Assembly (NCBI GenBank): GCA_009103225.1
Contig: RHPI01003244.1
Span: forward strand, 276,903-340,902
Length of the DNA: 64,000 nucleotides
Direction of reading: 5' to 3'
Source: Chlorokybus atmophyticus
Lineage: Eukaryota > Plantae > Mesostigma and Chlorokybus algae
The notes under the pieces were generated by a model, which saw only the letters and a list, made by a program, of their open reading frames with translations, did not search any database and was not told where the DNA came from. How positions within the stretch are numbered: position 1 is the stretch's first letter; each line of letters opens with the position of its first letter. Of this stretch, positions 13,337-25,247 are shown one piece after another. A program made the translations under genes and the position numbers.

Positions 13337-16300
13337 TTATGACTGCTGCTCCTGCTGCGGTGGTAAATTTGAAGCGCCTTTCAGTGCTGTCTTCTTTGGC
13401 AACAAAAAGGCATGCACATGAGGGATGGACCCGCCAGCGGCCACAATAGCATTCCTGAACAGCTGCGCCAACTCCTCGTCATTACGCACCTGCACACAAC
13501 CACACGTCCTTGAGAATACAACACAGGCATCCTTACAACATCCGTCACTCTTCTTCAACTTTCAGCACAGTCCATAGCACAACAACAAGTGCTCGTTGCA
13601 CACCGCGAGTTGGACGTGCCGAGGGGTGATGATCTTCTTCCCAAGCTGCTTTGCGGCGGTGCCGGCCAAATCAAGAACCTCAGCCGCCAAGTACTCGAGC
13701 ACGGCCGCCAAGTAGACCGGGGCCGCCGCACCGAGACGCTCCACTTTGGGTATCAAAGGTGGACCACGTCCTGTCTTCATGTACCGCGCAATCCGCCCCA
13801 CTATGGAAACGCAGGCCAGTATTGATTTTACACACAACACCGCCCCACATATATGCTATCCCACAGCTCATCAGCTCATCGCACCTGGAAAGATGATACC
13901 GGCCTTCTGCTGTTTCCGGACAGGCTTGCGTCCCGGGTGTCGCCTCCTGCCTTCAGGGTGCAACTCCATCTTCAGCTCTCTTCGCACAGGCTGCTTCTGG
14001 CCAGGTGCTTCTTTGGTTAGCCGCTGCCGTTTGCTGGGCGGTGACGGCTCGTCCTGCACTTCCGTCTGCAAAACTCATGCAGGTATCAGCCAATCTGTTG
14101 GGTTCACGCTACAAACACCAGACCAGCACGCTTGACGCGTACCTGTTCAGGTGTAACGGGCTCAGTGAGCACTGATGATGACACAGGTTCAGCTTCTTGC
14201 GGCTGTGGTGATGCTGGCTGTTCCGCAGGTCCTGCAGGCGCCATGCGTTCCTCCTCCATGCCTTCCTGAGGTACTGGTTGTTGCTGTTGGGCGGATGCTT
14301 TCGCATCGTCTCGCTGTCGGCGTTGTTGCCGCTCCTCGACTCTTCGCTGCCTTTCAGCAGCTTGCTCCGCCTGTCCCTCCGCTACCTTTATTTCTGCCTG
14401 CCTTTTGCGCTGTTGCTTGTCCTCAGCCTGCTGCTTCCGGCGAGCTTCATCCACTCTCCTGTCATGCTCCAATTCCTCTGCTGCTCTGCGACGCTCCTCG
14501 TCTTCACGGCACTGCTCCTCATCACGTCTTGCTGCTTCCTCCTCCTGTGCTTTGGCTTCCTGTTGACGGCGGCGCTTCTCTTCAGCCCGCTGGCGTTCCA
14601 ACTCGTGAGCCACGCGCTTGGCCTCTGCTTCTGCCTCTGCTTTGGCCTTTGCATCAGCCTCCCGCTCCGCCTCCTGTTTGGCTTCGTCCTCAGCCTCATC
14701 GCGCTTGGCTTCAGCCTCTGTTATGGCCGTTGCCTCGGCTGCCTGCTGTCTGCGCTGCTTCTCTTGCTCTTGTCTTCGCTGCTCCTCATCACGTGTGCGC
14801 TTCATCTCCAGCGCACGGTGTTCTTCCTCCTTGCGTTTGGCTTTGGCCTCTGCATCTGCTTTGGCCTTCACCTCAGCTTCCTGCTGCCTGCGCTGTTGCT
14901 CCTGTTCCTCTCTTTCTTGTCTCTGCTGCTGTTCCTCCTTCTCGTGTTTCTGCTTGATCTCCAGCGCACGGCGTTCTTCCTCCTGTGCCTTGTGCTCGGC
15001 TTCTGCCCCAGCTTCGGCTCGAGCGCGTGCTTCCTGCTGTTGCCTCTGTTGCTGCTCTTCTTTTCTTCTTTTCCGCTGCTGCTCCTCGTCCTCGTCACGT
15101 TTCCGCTTCACCTCCTGCTTTGCCTTCGCCTCCTCCACCTCCGCTCGAGCCTTGGCCTCAGCTTCCACTCGCTCCTGCTGCTTCTGCTGGTGGCGCTGCT
15201 CTTGTTCTCCATTTTCTCGTAGTTGGCGAACTTCAGCATCTGCTTTGGCCCTTGCTTCCTCTTCTTCGCGCTCGCATTGGACAAGCGCTGCTGCTGTTTC
15301 CTTCGCTTGCTGCCGTTCCACCTCGGCGGCAGCCTCAGCCTCATCCCTGCGCCTTGCATCTTCTGCTTTTGCCTCCCTCTCGCTTGCCTGTTGGACACCA
15401 GGATGTCAGTGTCAGCCGACAACACAAGGTGTGCATAACCATCAACAGGCAAACGCAGGTGATTAAAGCTTGTAACACATGCCCACCGGCTGCTGCTGTT
15501 CAAGATCCTTGCTTGTTGTTGTTGGCTGCCCCTCTTCAGCAAGTACCGGCTCATGCCAGGGTGGAGCCTGCAGCCCTTGCTGCCTGAGCTGAGCCTGCAA
15601 TACACGCGACTGTTCATGCAAATGACTTCACATGGAACCAACTGTACAAATGCGTTGTTGCCACGCAGTAGGTTGAGGAATGCGTTACTGACCTCTTTTG
15701 CCGCGAGCTCCCGCTCTTTCCTCGCAACTTCCGCTTCCCGCTGGCGCACGCGCTCGGCAACAGTCTCCAGGTGCTGCTCCTCTGCCTCCACCGCCTCCAC
15801 CTGCTGCTCCAATGCCTCCTCCTTCTGCTCCAGGGCGTCCTCCTTCTGCTCCAGCGCCTCCGCCTTCTCATCCAGCTCGTGCGCGATGGACTCCAGTTGC
15901 GTTTCCTCCTCCTCCAGCTCCTCCTCTTTCTGCACCAGTTCCTGCACGGCCCGAAGTTGACAGCACCATGCATGCGAGCGTGTGTGCATGCGTGCGCCTC
16001 AAAGTGGCGGCTTGCAGGAATGCAACAAGCAAGAACCAAGTTTGCAAGTAACAGCGTTGAATGCACAGCATGCTCATCAGCCACAGTGGCCAGGACAAAG
16101 ATGATGGAGAACATGAAGAACATTGAACACAGGTGTGCAGGGCAGCACGGTACAAGGAAGCATACTTGCACGCAAGTATAATGCACGCGTGGTATGTGCA
16201 AGATACGCGCACACCATTTCAACCACCTGGTTTGCTGCCATGACCATACACAACCTGAATATGCCGGTTGCATGCAACATGCGCACAACGATGCCAACAA

Positions 16301-16983
16301 TGCGGTGCAGGCACACTGTAGTTGGTGTTGTTGTTGTTGTCACCAAGGATTCACAAACCTCTTCTTCGCGCTCAAGCATCTCTTCAGTCTCCTTGAGCCT
16401 GCTCTCCTTCTCCTCAATCTCCCTCTTCATCCTCTCGCGCTCCTCGTTGCAGTGCACCAGTTCCATGTCCTGAGGCTGCTCGTCCTCCTCCTCCTCCTCC
16501 TCCTCCTCCTCCTCCTCCTCCTCCTCTCTATGAGGTGACTGAGACAGTATGTGTACTTGAAAGGGAGGGGCAGCGGGGTTGACATCCTCCGGCTCCTCTC
16601 CCTCTGCGCCAGCTGGCACCTCCGCCCTGCAAGTACATACTTGTCTCTGAGCGTGACAGCTTAGGGTTTGCGCTTGGTGTTTACAATGTGAAGGGGGAGA
16701 GGGGGGCTACCTGACAGCTGTGCGTCTGCGCACGGTGACAACGCGCTTGCGGCGCTCGTCGACAGTGACATGGACATCGTCGACGTCCTGACTGTGGTGG
16801 ATGTGGCGGGTGTCCACTGTGCGTGACACCTGCAAGTTGTCGTGCCGCTCTCACATCATCCATGCACAAGTTGATGCAGGTCACTTCAATTGGCAATCCT
16901 GGTTGTGCACCTACCTCCGGGCCCATGTCTCCGAGGTCCTGGCTGCCGCCGACATCACCTAAGTCCTGAGACAGGTTCTCCAT
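13337..16983 (-). CDS. Giant histone H2A-fold fusion protein, about 862 aa. Exons: 16983-16915, 16829-16711, 16626-16359, 15941-15693, 15594-15487, 15387-14143, 14065-13885, 13800-13604, 13489-13337. The start codon is uncertain.
   Basis: C-terminus [16 protein letters not shown]...[21 protein letters not shown]...[16 protein letters not shown]...[15 protein letters not shown] is clearly H2A. All 8 GT-AG introns join in frame to upstream poly-Glu, coiled-coil and E/R/K/Q/A-rich exons with no internal stop. Confidence 0.85.
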
Positions 16984-18616
16984 GCCGCCGCCGCCGCCGC
17001 CGCCTGCCACCTCTCCCTCAGGCTGACCTTCTGCGTTCTGACCTGACTATGCAACACCATTGTCCTCTCAGCAAGCGTATCCTCGCACAACAATTGACAC
17101 CATAGCCACACTGGCATGCATGCCTGACCGGCCTGGACAGCGTCTCTCCCATGCCACGTCGACCTCGTCCTTCTGCTCCTCGATGTCCTCCTGCCGCTCC
17201 TACGCCACCGCCGCCGCCGACCCGTCGTTTGGGCCGACCACTGCCACGTGGAGCGCCTAAGCAGTGCAGTCCGGACGTGCGTACTGCCCTAGGGATACGC
17301 GTATCGCATCCCTCGGGGCTGACGGTTTTGCTATCAGCAAAACTGTATCAGCAAAAGGCCTTGGATGATGTATGGGGCCCATAGAGTATGGGGCCCCCAA
17401 TGAGGGCCCCACACATAGGGTAAAACAAAGGGGCGATAACTTGTAGTACAAGAATGTAACCAATAGGCAACCAACCATCAAGTCCACATTAGCACGCCAC
17501 AAGCAAGACCACCACAAAGCTAGCTTAAACCATAAAGGTTGGACCTACATGTTACACACATACGGTATACTAATGAGACTTAGCAAGATGCATAGCAAGC
17601 AGCGTTGGGCACCACAACCAAACATGTGTGGGTTTAGGAATCCATCCACGTGTGATGCGTGCACGTGTGCTTGTATTGCATCCGAGCTTCTTATGATTGC
17701 ATTCATATCAGTGGAAAGCTCATGAAACACGGGGTGTGACATGTGTGGGGCTACGGCTTGGCCCTCAGGGTATACCTTATAGCGAAAGAGGGCCTTGCTG
17801 GTGGTGTCCAGTGATACCATGTCCGGTGGTACCTTATTTACCATTCCAAATGCCCCTCCTCACCCCCCTTCCCACCGAGAGTCTCGTATGAGTCTCAATT
17901 GTATTTTGATATACGAGTCAGGGTATGAGTGATAGTGGAGGTTAGGTATCAGTGATACCCAACCTATGCCCACAGTACAAGTGCTGTGGGCATAGGTTAG
18001 GGCAATAGTCCTAAAAAACTTTATTAGTACTTTGCCCAGTACTTTACTTCAAGTATGGCCACACTTCAAGTAAAGTGCTGTAGGCAGAAGTCTGGGCATT
18101 TGCCAATGTATAACCTATACGCTATGCGTCGCAGTGTTAATTTTTGCGCATAGCTAGCACATGCATATGCATGTTGAAGGCTTGATAAAGCTTTCGAGGT
18201 TAATGACGTACTTCGTTATGTAACGACTTGATATATTTCAATCATCCACTGAGACTGCGTAGCAACGGTAGGGGACCGGCATCATTAAGATTGTGCAATA
18301 TAGCAATGTTTGCGAGATTATGAAACATCAGATTGTGGTTGTTGTGCTTCTTGTTGTGCTCGTTGATCGATATTATGTTTCTCATTGTGGCCCACCATTT
18401 ATGGTTGTACATGTTGTAAGCACGGGTGTACATGCGCCATACAAGGCGATGTCGCATGTGCAACCGCAAGGTTGTCATCATGCGTCATTGTCACATTTGT
18501 TGTTGCCATTAATATTAAACAGTTAGCAACATCAATCATCATAATAGTCTGCTTGCCGTTATGAATATGCATATCAATAATGGTGAAGGATAGCATGCTT
18601 ATGGCAACATTACTAA

Positions 18617-18659
18617 TGTTGAACTACAAGCGAGATAGTATCTCGCTTGTAGTTCAACA
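18617..18659. repeat. Perfect 43-bp palindrome (21-bp arms, 1-nt centre)
   Basis: tgttgaactacaagcgagata-g-tatctcgcttgtagttcaaca. Confidence 0.95.
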
Positions 18660-19249
18660 GGTGTACTATCGTAGTTAATGCAACATTGCTGACGTGTAAT
18701 GCACGCGGAAACAATTATGCAAACGTGCGTGAAGTCTTGTTGTGTATTTCGCGTGTGCATTATGACAATGCAAGGATCTTAAAGCTCATGAGTGCAAAGT
18801 GTGAATGCGTGTGCAAACACAAGTCTTAGGGCACACGAGCAAGCGCAATGCATTATAATGTTGTATACAACAGCAAGACAGAAATCTGTGGGTTTTTGCG
18901 TGTGTACGCACCAGAATGTACTGATTGAGCTACGATAGAACAGCTACATCTATGATAATGACTTCAAGAGAGTTGAACAACACATGTGGATGTAAAAAAT
19001 CCAATTCATCGGTGTACTGTACATGCCTAATAGGTGTGCACATATGCGAAAACTATGGCATGACACATAGTGTTCACCCACCACCACGACGTCATGCAAC
19101 TACAAATGTGCAGTGGAAGGGGCTAACAGTGGCAGCGTCAGGCACAAGGTATCTTTCGTTAGCACATGTGAATCTGAGTGCTTGTGCGTATGTGCACAGA
19201 ATACGTGCGCAGAAGTTGTAGACATGCATGACACACACAGCAGCATACG

Positions 19250-19645
19250 CACCAGCATGCAAGCACAATTGTATACACCACCACCGAGCTACCATACTGA
19301 ATGTGAAGAGACGGTATACACACTGTCTGTTCACCCCTATTGTATACTACTCTAGACCTCCCCGTTAGACATGTACACATGCGTGTTAGTGGCCAATTAC
19401 CTGCACAACATGCAACAAGTTAGTCGTGGTTAGCAGCGCTAGCCAGTCGGCAGCATCAACGACAAACGAACTCCCTCTCCCTCCTCCCGCCAGCAGCACC
19501 CTCGCCCCTCCTCTCCATTTTCTGCTGTCTTTGGCAGTCCTTTGCAACCCTTCACGCCGCACTGCCGACGTCAGCAGTACATGCTTGCAGCGGTTGCGCG
19601 TGGCATGATGGTTCGGTGCAGTAAGTGGGGTTGGGTGGTGGGGTT
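19250..19645. repeat. Dispersed repeat family A, copy 2
   Basis: Colinear similarity to 12630-12975. Confidence 0.75.
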
Positions 19646-20186
19646 GGGCTTAGCGCGTGCGCAGCAAACTTGAACGCGCGAAGTTGTGTTGAGCTAGATG
19701 AAGAGCCAGCCCCAAATTCAAGTATTGAAGAGGAACATGCGGATTTTGGAGTCCGCATCTACTCCTCTCCAAATATGCATGACTGGATGCATGTATATGG
19801 CAGCGGTGCCAACTGACGTATCACTTTGCGGTTTCAATGAGATATAAAAGAAGATTGAGACAGGTAACAACCGTGGGCTTTGGGCAACCATCCTCACGCT
19901 CACGCTAAATGCAACAACACAAGTACACATGACACCACATGCATGCAGCATCTGAAGCATAAAACCTTGTACACAAGCGGTGCTAAACAGTCTCTTGCTG
20001 CCATAACGTAGTTCGTACCAGAACAAACTGCGTCAGGTCCAAGTCTCCACCTCCACAGCTATACGACCTATGTACTGCCACAAACAGCGACAGCGTCACC
20101 ATAGACACCGCCCACATAACACTGATACATTGTGGGGGGGCACTGGATCGAAAGGAGCTTCAACCAACAGACAGAAAAGGAGCTCT

Positions 20187-23100
20187 TCAGTCGAGTACCA
20201 TGACGCTACCGGTGCCAGACATACTCAGCTCCACGAGCTCCTTGACGGTGCGGGCAATGCTGCCATTGTTCTTCACCATCAGGCGCATGTTCAGCTCCTT
20301 GTCAAAGAAGCCCTGCGTAGAGTGGCCACCGTGAGCTGATGCTGTGATTGCTTCTGAGACTGCAAGGGAAAGCTGATGCAAAGGGCATAAGCAACAAGAG
20401 CATGAGCTTCGTTCGTGCCAACTCACCATGTCGTTAAGCTCAAGGAGATGGTTATCCCAGCCGGTGACCGCCACGAGGCGAGCAACACTCGTCTCGAGAT
20501 CACCCTCTGTGGCATGCAGGATCTCGCGGTTGAGGGTGACGTCTGTGAACCCCATATCCACCAGCTGACGTTCTTGCTGGGCGTACATATGTACATCCAT
20601 ATCGCCCTCCTGTAACCAAACACCCAATACAATTACCCATGCACTTGGAATAAGGAAGACAATCAAGCAAGTATGTACCTGTGCAGGCTGCCTCTCATCC
20701 TGCCAGGTTTCCACATTAACCTCCTGCCAATCCTTCTCCTCGTCTCTAACATCAGGCACCAGCACCCCACTTTCCGCAAGGTCCTGGGCTGATGGCAGAG
20801 CAGCTGCACTAGCACTGGCAATGTCAATGTCAGCGACGTGCTTCTGCATCTGATCAACCTTCTCAAGCATGTCCTGCTCTTGAAGGTCCTGCCAAACAGA
20901 TACACGTATGGGGGATGTCTTTCTGTTCTTGCAACTGTGCATGGTACACCCAGCACGCGCGCTCACCTCTTGCACAACTTGCTGAGCAACTGGCTGCACT
21001 TCCACCGGCTGTGACTTGGTCACAGCAGGCTGCGCCGCGATGTCCTCCACAACAACCTCGTTGGAGCCGATACCTTCCACGATGGTCGCGGAAGGCCCTG
21101 TGGCCCAGCTGATTGCCACAGGCTCTGTGGCAATCCATGCCACAGGCACCTCAACTGTATTTCCTACACCAACTGCAGAAGCCTCAATGGCAGTCAGAGC
21201 CACTGGCATCTGGACTGCAGGTGCACCTTGCATGACAGTGTCTGCTGGGGCAACATCCCTGCCCACAGCACACTCTCCCACAACGGTCGCAAGAGAAGCG
21301 TCCTCAGCTGTCTTGACAGGCTCCTCTGTTGAAGGCACGACCTGAAACACCACTCATGGGTAAGGACACACGGTGGTGAATATGTGATACGCAATCAAAT
21401 AAATTAACATCAGCTTACCTGGACAAGGGCCCACAAGCGATGGCCAAACTTGGGACCATTGTTTGCCCACGCCAAGCGCCAGTGCGAGACATAGCGCCCA
21501 GGCTCACCAGGCGCTACCATGTCAACAGACACATCAAGGTCCTGATCAGGAAGCAAGCCTCCCTCTGGAACTGGCACCGGGACACTGTCCACGGACATGA
21601 CGTCGCCACCAACATGCACCAGGTGGGTGCTGGGTGGCCAGGGGCAGCTACCACTGTTCTTAATCTTCCAAATCTTCGTGAACTTCTGGCCGGGCAGCAC
21701 CTCAGTACCATCAAAGATGGTGACGTCCGACACGAAGCGGGCGTCGGGCTTGCCTGCAGCAAAGCGAGGCCACTTGCAGCGGCCATGTGGGGCCCAAGGG
21801 CCTGCAGGGTGCATCCTGCCTGAGCCCTGAGAAGCAGGTTGGGCTGGACCACTCGCATCTGGCGCTGGGTATGGCATGAAAGGATGGTGGCCACCACGGC
21901 CCCATCCGCCGCGGCCGCCATGGCGACCGCGCATGGCATTCAACCATGCACGGTCTCCAGGGCGAGCAATGCAGACATACTCCCCCTTCCGGTCCTCCTT
22001 GTCAAAGCATGCCTGTGGACGCAATCTCTCAGTCTACAACAAAGCAAGTAGTTGTGTATATGAACTACTTGAAGATGCGGCATGCAAGCAAATAACAGCA
22101 GTGTTTGCACCTGGCAGAGGTCATAATCCTCTTTCTCCAGGCTCTTGTACCGAGCTCCCTCAATAGGGCTCTTGTCACAGCCATCACACTGCACATTGTA
22201 GTGTTTCACAAGCGCAGTGTTCTCGGGCTTGCTGTTGTCAGCAGCAGGTGCAGTAGGTGGAGGTACAGCTGAATCTACTTGCTTGCTAGGACCTGCACAG
22301 CCAGCGGTGAGACCCTCATCACACACAAGAATCGCAGGCATGCACAGTACGCAGACAGGTACTTACCAGCAGCAAAAGCTGACTGCATTGGGATGCCGAA
22401 AGTCTTCAACATGGCTGGCAACCCACCCTCCAAGTTTGCCATTATGTCACGAAACTCACTGAGATGCATGCCGCTGGCAACCTTGTAGTACATGGGAGCC
22501 AGCTGGAGCGGTGTCAGCTGTGCCCGAAGCACAGCTGCTTGGAACTTCGGAATGGCAGCATGCACTCCTTGCTCACGGTATGCCTACAAAGCAAGCAGAG
22601 CAATCAAGCTCGCAATGTCAAAAGCATCACATTAGCGCGACTGTGCACTGCATGAAGCATGAGCTCCACCTGCAGGACGTCGTCAATGTCAAAGTTTGCC
22701 TCCTTGGCGACCTGCTTGATCAGCTCAAAGAACCCCTTTGCCTCAGCGGGCTCAGCAATGTGTGCCTCAGTTGGCTGCACTGCTGGAGATGGCTGAGCTG
22801 TTTCCGGTAGCGAGACAGCAACCGCAGGACTGGCGTTCTGCACATCGCAAACATTATGACCTTGATGAATGCCGCAAAGGCATGCATTAAGGTGTGCAAT
22901 GCACAAACCTTCAGGACGGAGAGGCGCAGACTGCGAAGAAAGTTGGCATCTCTTTTCAGGTTGGCAAGAGCCTCACGAAGGTCGTCATGGTTGGCAAGGG
23001 TGACAATGTCGTTGTCCTCATCGGTGTATTTGAACTGCAGCACCTCTCCAGCGGAGAAGCCATAGATGTCACGGACAGTGGCTTCCAGAGCGTCAAACTG

Positions 23101-23348
23101 CAAGTCCAGTGGGACTGTGCGCTTGCGCACGTCGCCATTGAAGTCCAGCTGCACACAGAGAATCGTCGAATTCAGTCGCATGCAAGAGTGCTGATTTTAA
23201 CACGCCATAGACCAACACATGCAACAAGTGCAACTAACAACCACTGTTGCCAGCGGACTAAGCTCGTCATCAACAACAGCACCGCGCATGAGAATCTGCG
23301 CTACATGTCAGCACAAAGGCAACTCACCTTCAGCGAAAATGTCGCCAT
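20187..23348 (-). CDS. NBR1: Selective autophagy receptor NBR1 (PB1-ZZ-FW/NBR1-UBA1-UBA2)
   Basis: PB1 with N-terminal Lys and OPCA motif YTDEDNDIVTLANHDDL. Plant-type ZZ CDGC..PIEGARYKSLEKEDYDLC. FW domain FVSDVTIFDGT...FTKIWKIKNSG...GRYVSHWRL...FGHRLW. Two UBA domains (LVDMGF..., DMGFFDKELN). Confidence 0.95.
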
Positions 23349-25247
23349 CGTTGCCGAGCAGCAGGAAGCAGCACACCAAACCCCAACCGCACAACGTGAC
23401 GCGGCTGGAAGGCAATTGCACACACAAGGAGTGACGCAGGAAAACCGGCCCGTGAGAACAAAACACAAGCGTCGCAGGTCAGCCGCTGTACCCACGCTGG
23501 GGCTCTCTCTTCACACCTGTCACCAGCCACAACGACGGCGACGTCCACACCGACCCGCGCCGTGGCACACTGGCGCACAGCTCTACGGAAGCAGGGAGTT
23601 TGTGGTAACAACTTTGCTTTATGTCTCAGCTGTGTGCACGCCTGCCATGGCGGGGGGGGGACACAGAAATGCCCCGCCGCGCGTTGCACACCTCTTGCGC
23701 AGTGCGCGGCGCTGGTGCGCGGTCAGGTCAACCGCGAGTCCCCGCCAACTAGATCGGCTAAGTGGCGGTGAACCAGGAAGTATCGGTAACGTAGGGTTAG
23801 TAAAAACCGCCAAGCACCGCCACGTCAGACTGGAATGTGCGTGTCATGTAATACAATACCAGATACCGGTAGTTGTAGGGCTATTGAGACAATTATGAAT
23901 GCCAATGGTCTGTGCATGCAAGGCACGCGCAAAGACAGGGCGCCAGCACTGCGTGTGTAAGTATGAAGCACGACGGCCCACAACACAAGCATAATGCACG
24001 AGTAACCGCGGACTGGCTTTCCCAAGCCCGTACCAGTGCATTGCTACGTGCGGGCAAGGCGACATTACCAGTGAGGAACCAACCTGCGCAGCACAGCATA
24101 TGTAAAAGATAATTAAAAATGATGTACATTGTTGGTGGGGTTGGATATGTGATTGATGTGCATGTGCTAACCGTGGGGCGTATGATATCATTCAGCATTG
24201 GAGCAGGTGTCCATGTGTCCATGTCTCTCTCTGTACCTGGTACTGGTGCTATGGCAGTTGCGATGCAAGTGTGCAGGCACAGTAGAGTCTCGTATTCATA
24301 CCGTAGCATTCGTTTCAAGCTTCACTTATCATTGTAACAACCGCATGAAGCAAGGAGTTCGTGTTATTGCTGCTTCGTGTGCGCATCACATCCTTGGCAA
24401 CTTGCGTATTCTATGCGTCCATGTCGTAACAGGCACGCATATACGCATGCATACATGCACCGACACACGCATATGCTCGAAAGTACACGCTTACGCGTCA
24501 CATGCACACGGACGCGTAAGCGCGCGCAAATGCACATGCACACATATCTGTAGGAGTTCCTAAGTATGATGCTTACAAGTCTCCCACGTACCTCCGACAC
24601 GGCTGAATTGAATGCGCATTACAATGAGAATGCGCGCTTGCAAGCGCTTGTGGGCGACATTGAGGGCTGAGATGTTGCTGACAGGGACTTGTCCGCCCAT
24701 GACCACCGCTTTGTGTATGAAAGCAAGAAGTTGAGATTACAAAGGATACCAACACACGGCGCACGCACACGCCCACATGCCCCCGTAATGCGGGAAGTGC
24801 TTGCTAAACTGGAAGCGATGAGCTTCCCCGCGTCCAACTTGCCAACTTGAAGAGTCATTCATTGCGCTGATGCTGTGTGGTGGCTATGGCTACATGCTGA
24901 GGTCACTCATGCAGAGTAGTTCATTGTTGTCCTGATGTTTTGCGTAAACGTCATGAATTATAGCGGTATAGTTTGTGTTTCTTGAGCACGTGTTCAGAAC
25001 ATTGAGGCGGCCGGCTGTGACTTAAGGTGGTGAGACATTGATGAGATGCCATCTCTTATACAGCCATGTACACCTAACCAATGGGCTGATCACATACACG
25101 CGCACATGCTCGCTCGCATGCACGTACAAGTACTACATTTACACAAACGCGCGCACACGCGCACCCCACGCGCGCGGGCGCCTGCTAAATACACAAGCTC
25201 ACAAAGAAATAGCACACACACTTTATGCGAGTTTACCTCACCCGCAG

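Noticed and set aside
14175-15587. Long plus-strand ORFs (Leu/Phe/Ser-rich, up to 314 aa) resembling membrane proteins
   Set aside because: Antisense shadows of the repetitive E/R/K/Q exon of the H2A-fusion gene. The same applies to 30627-31667 over the LEA gene and 22894-23898 over NBR1.
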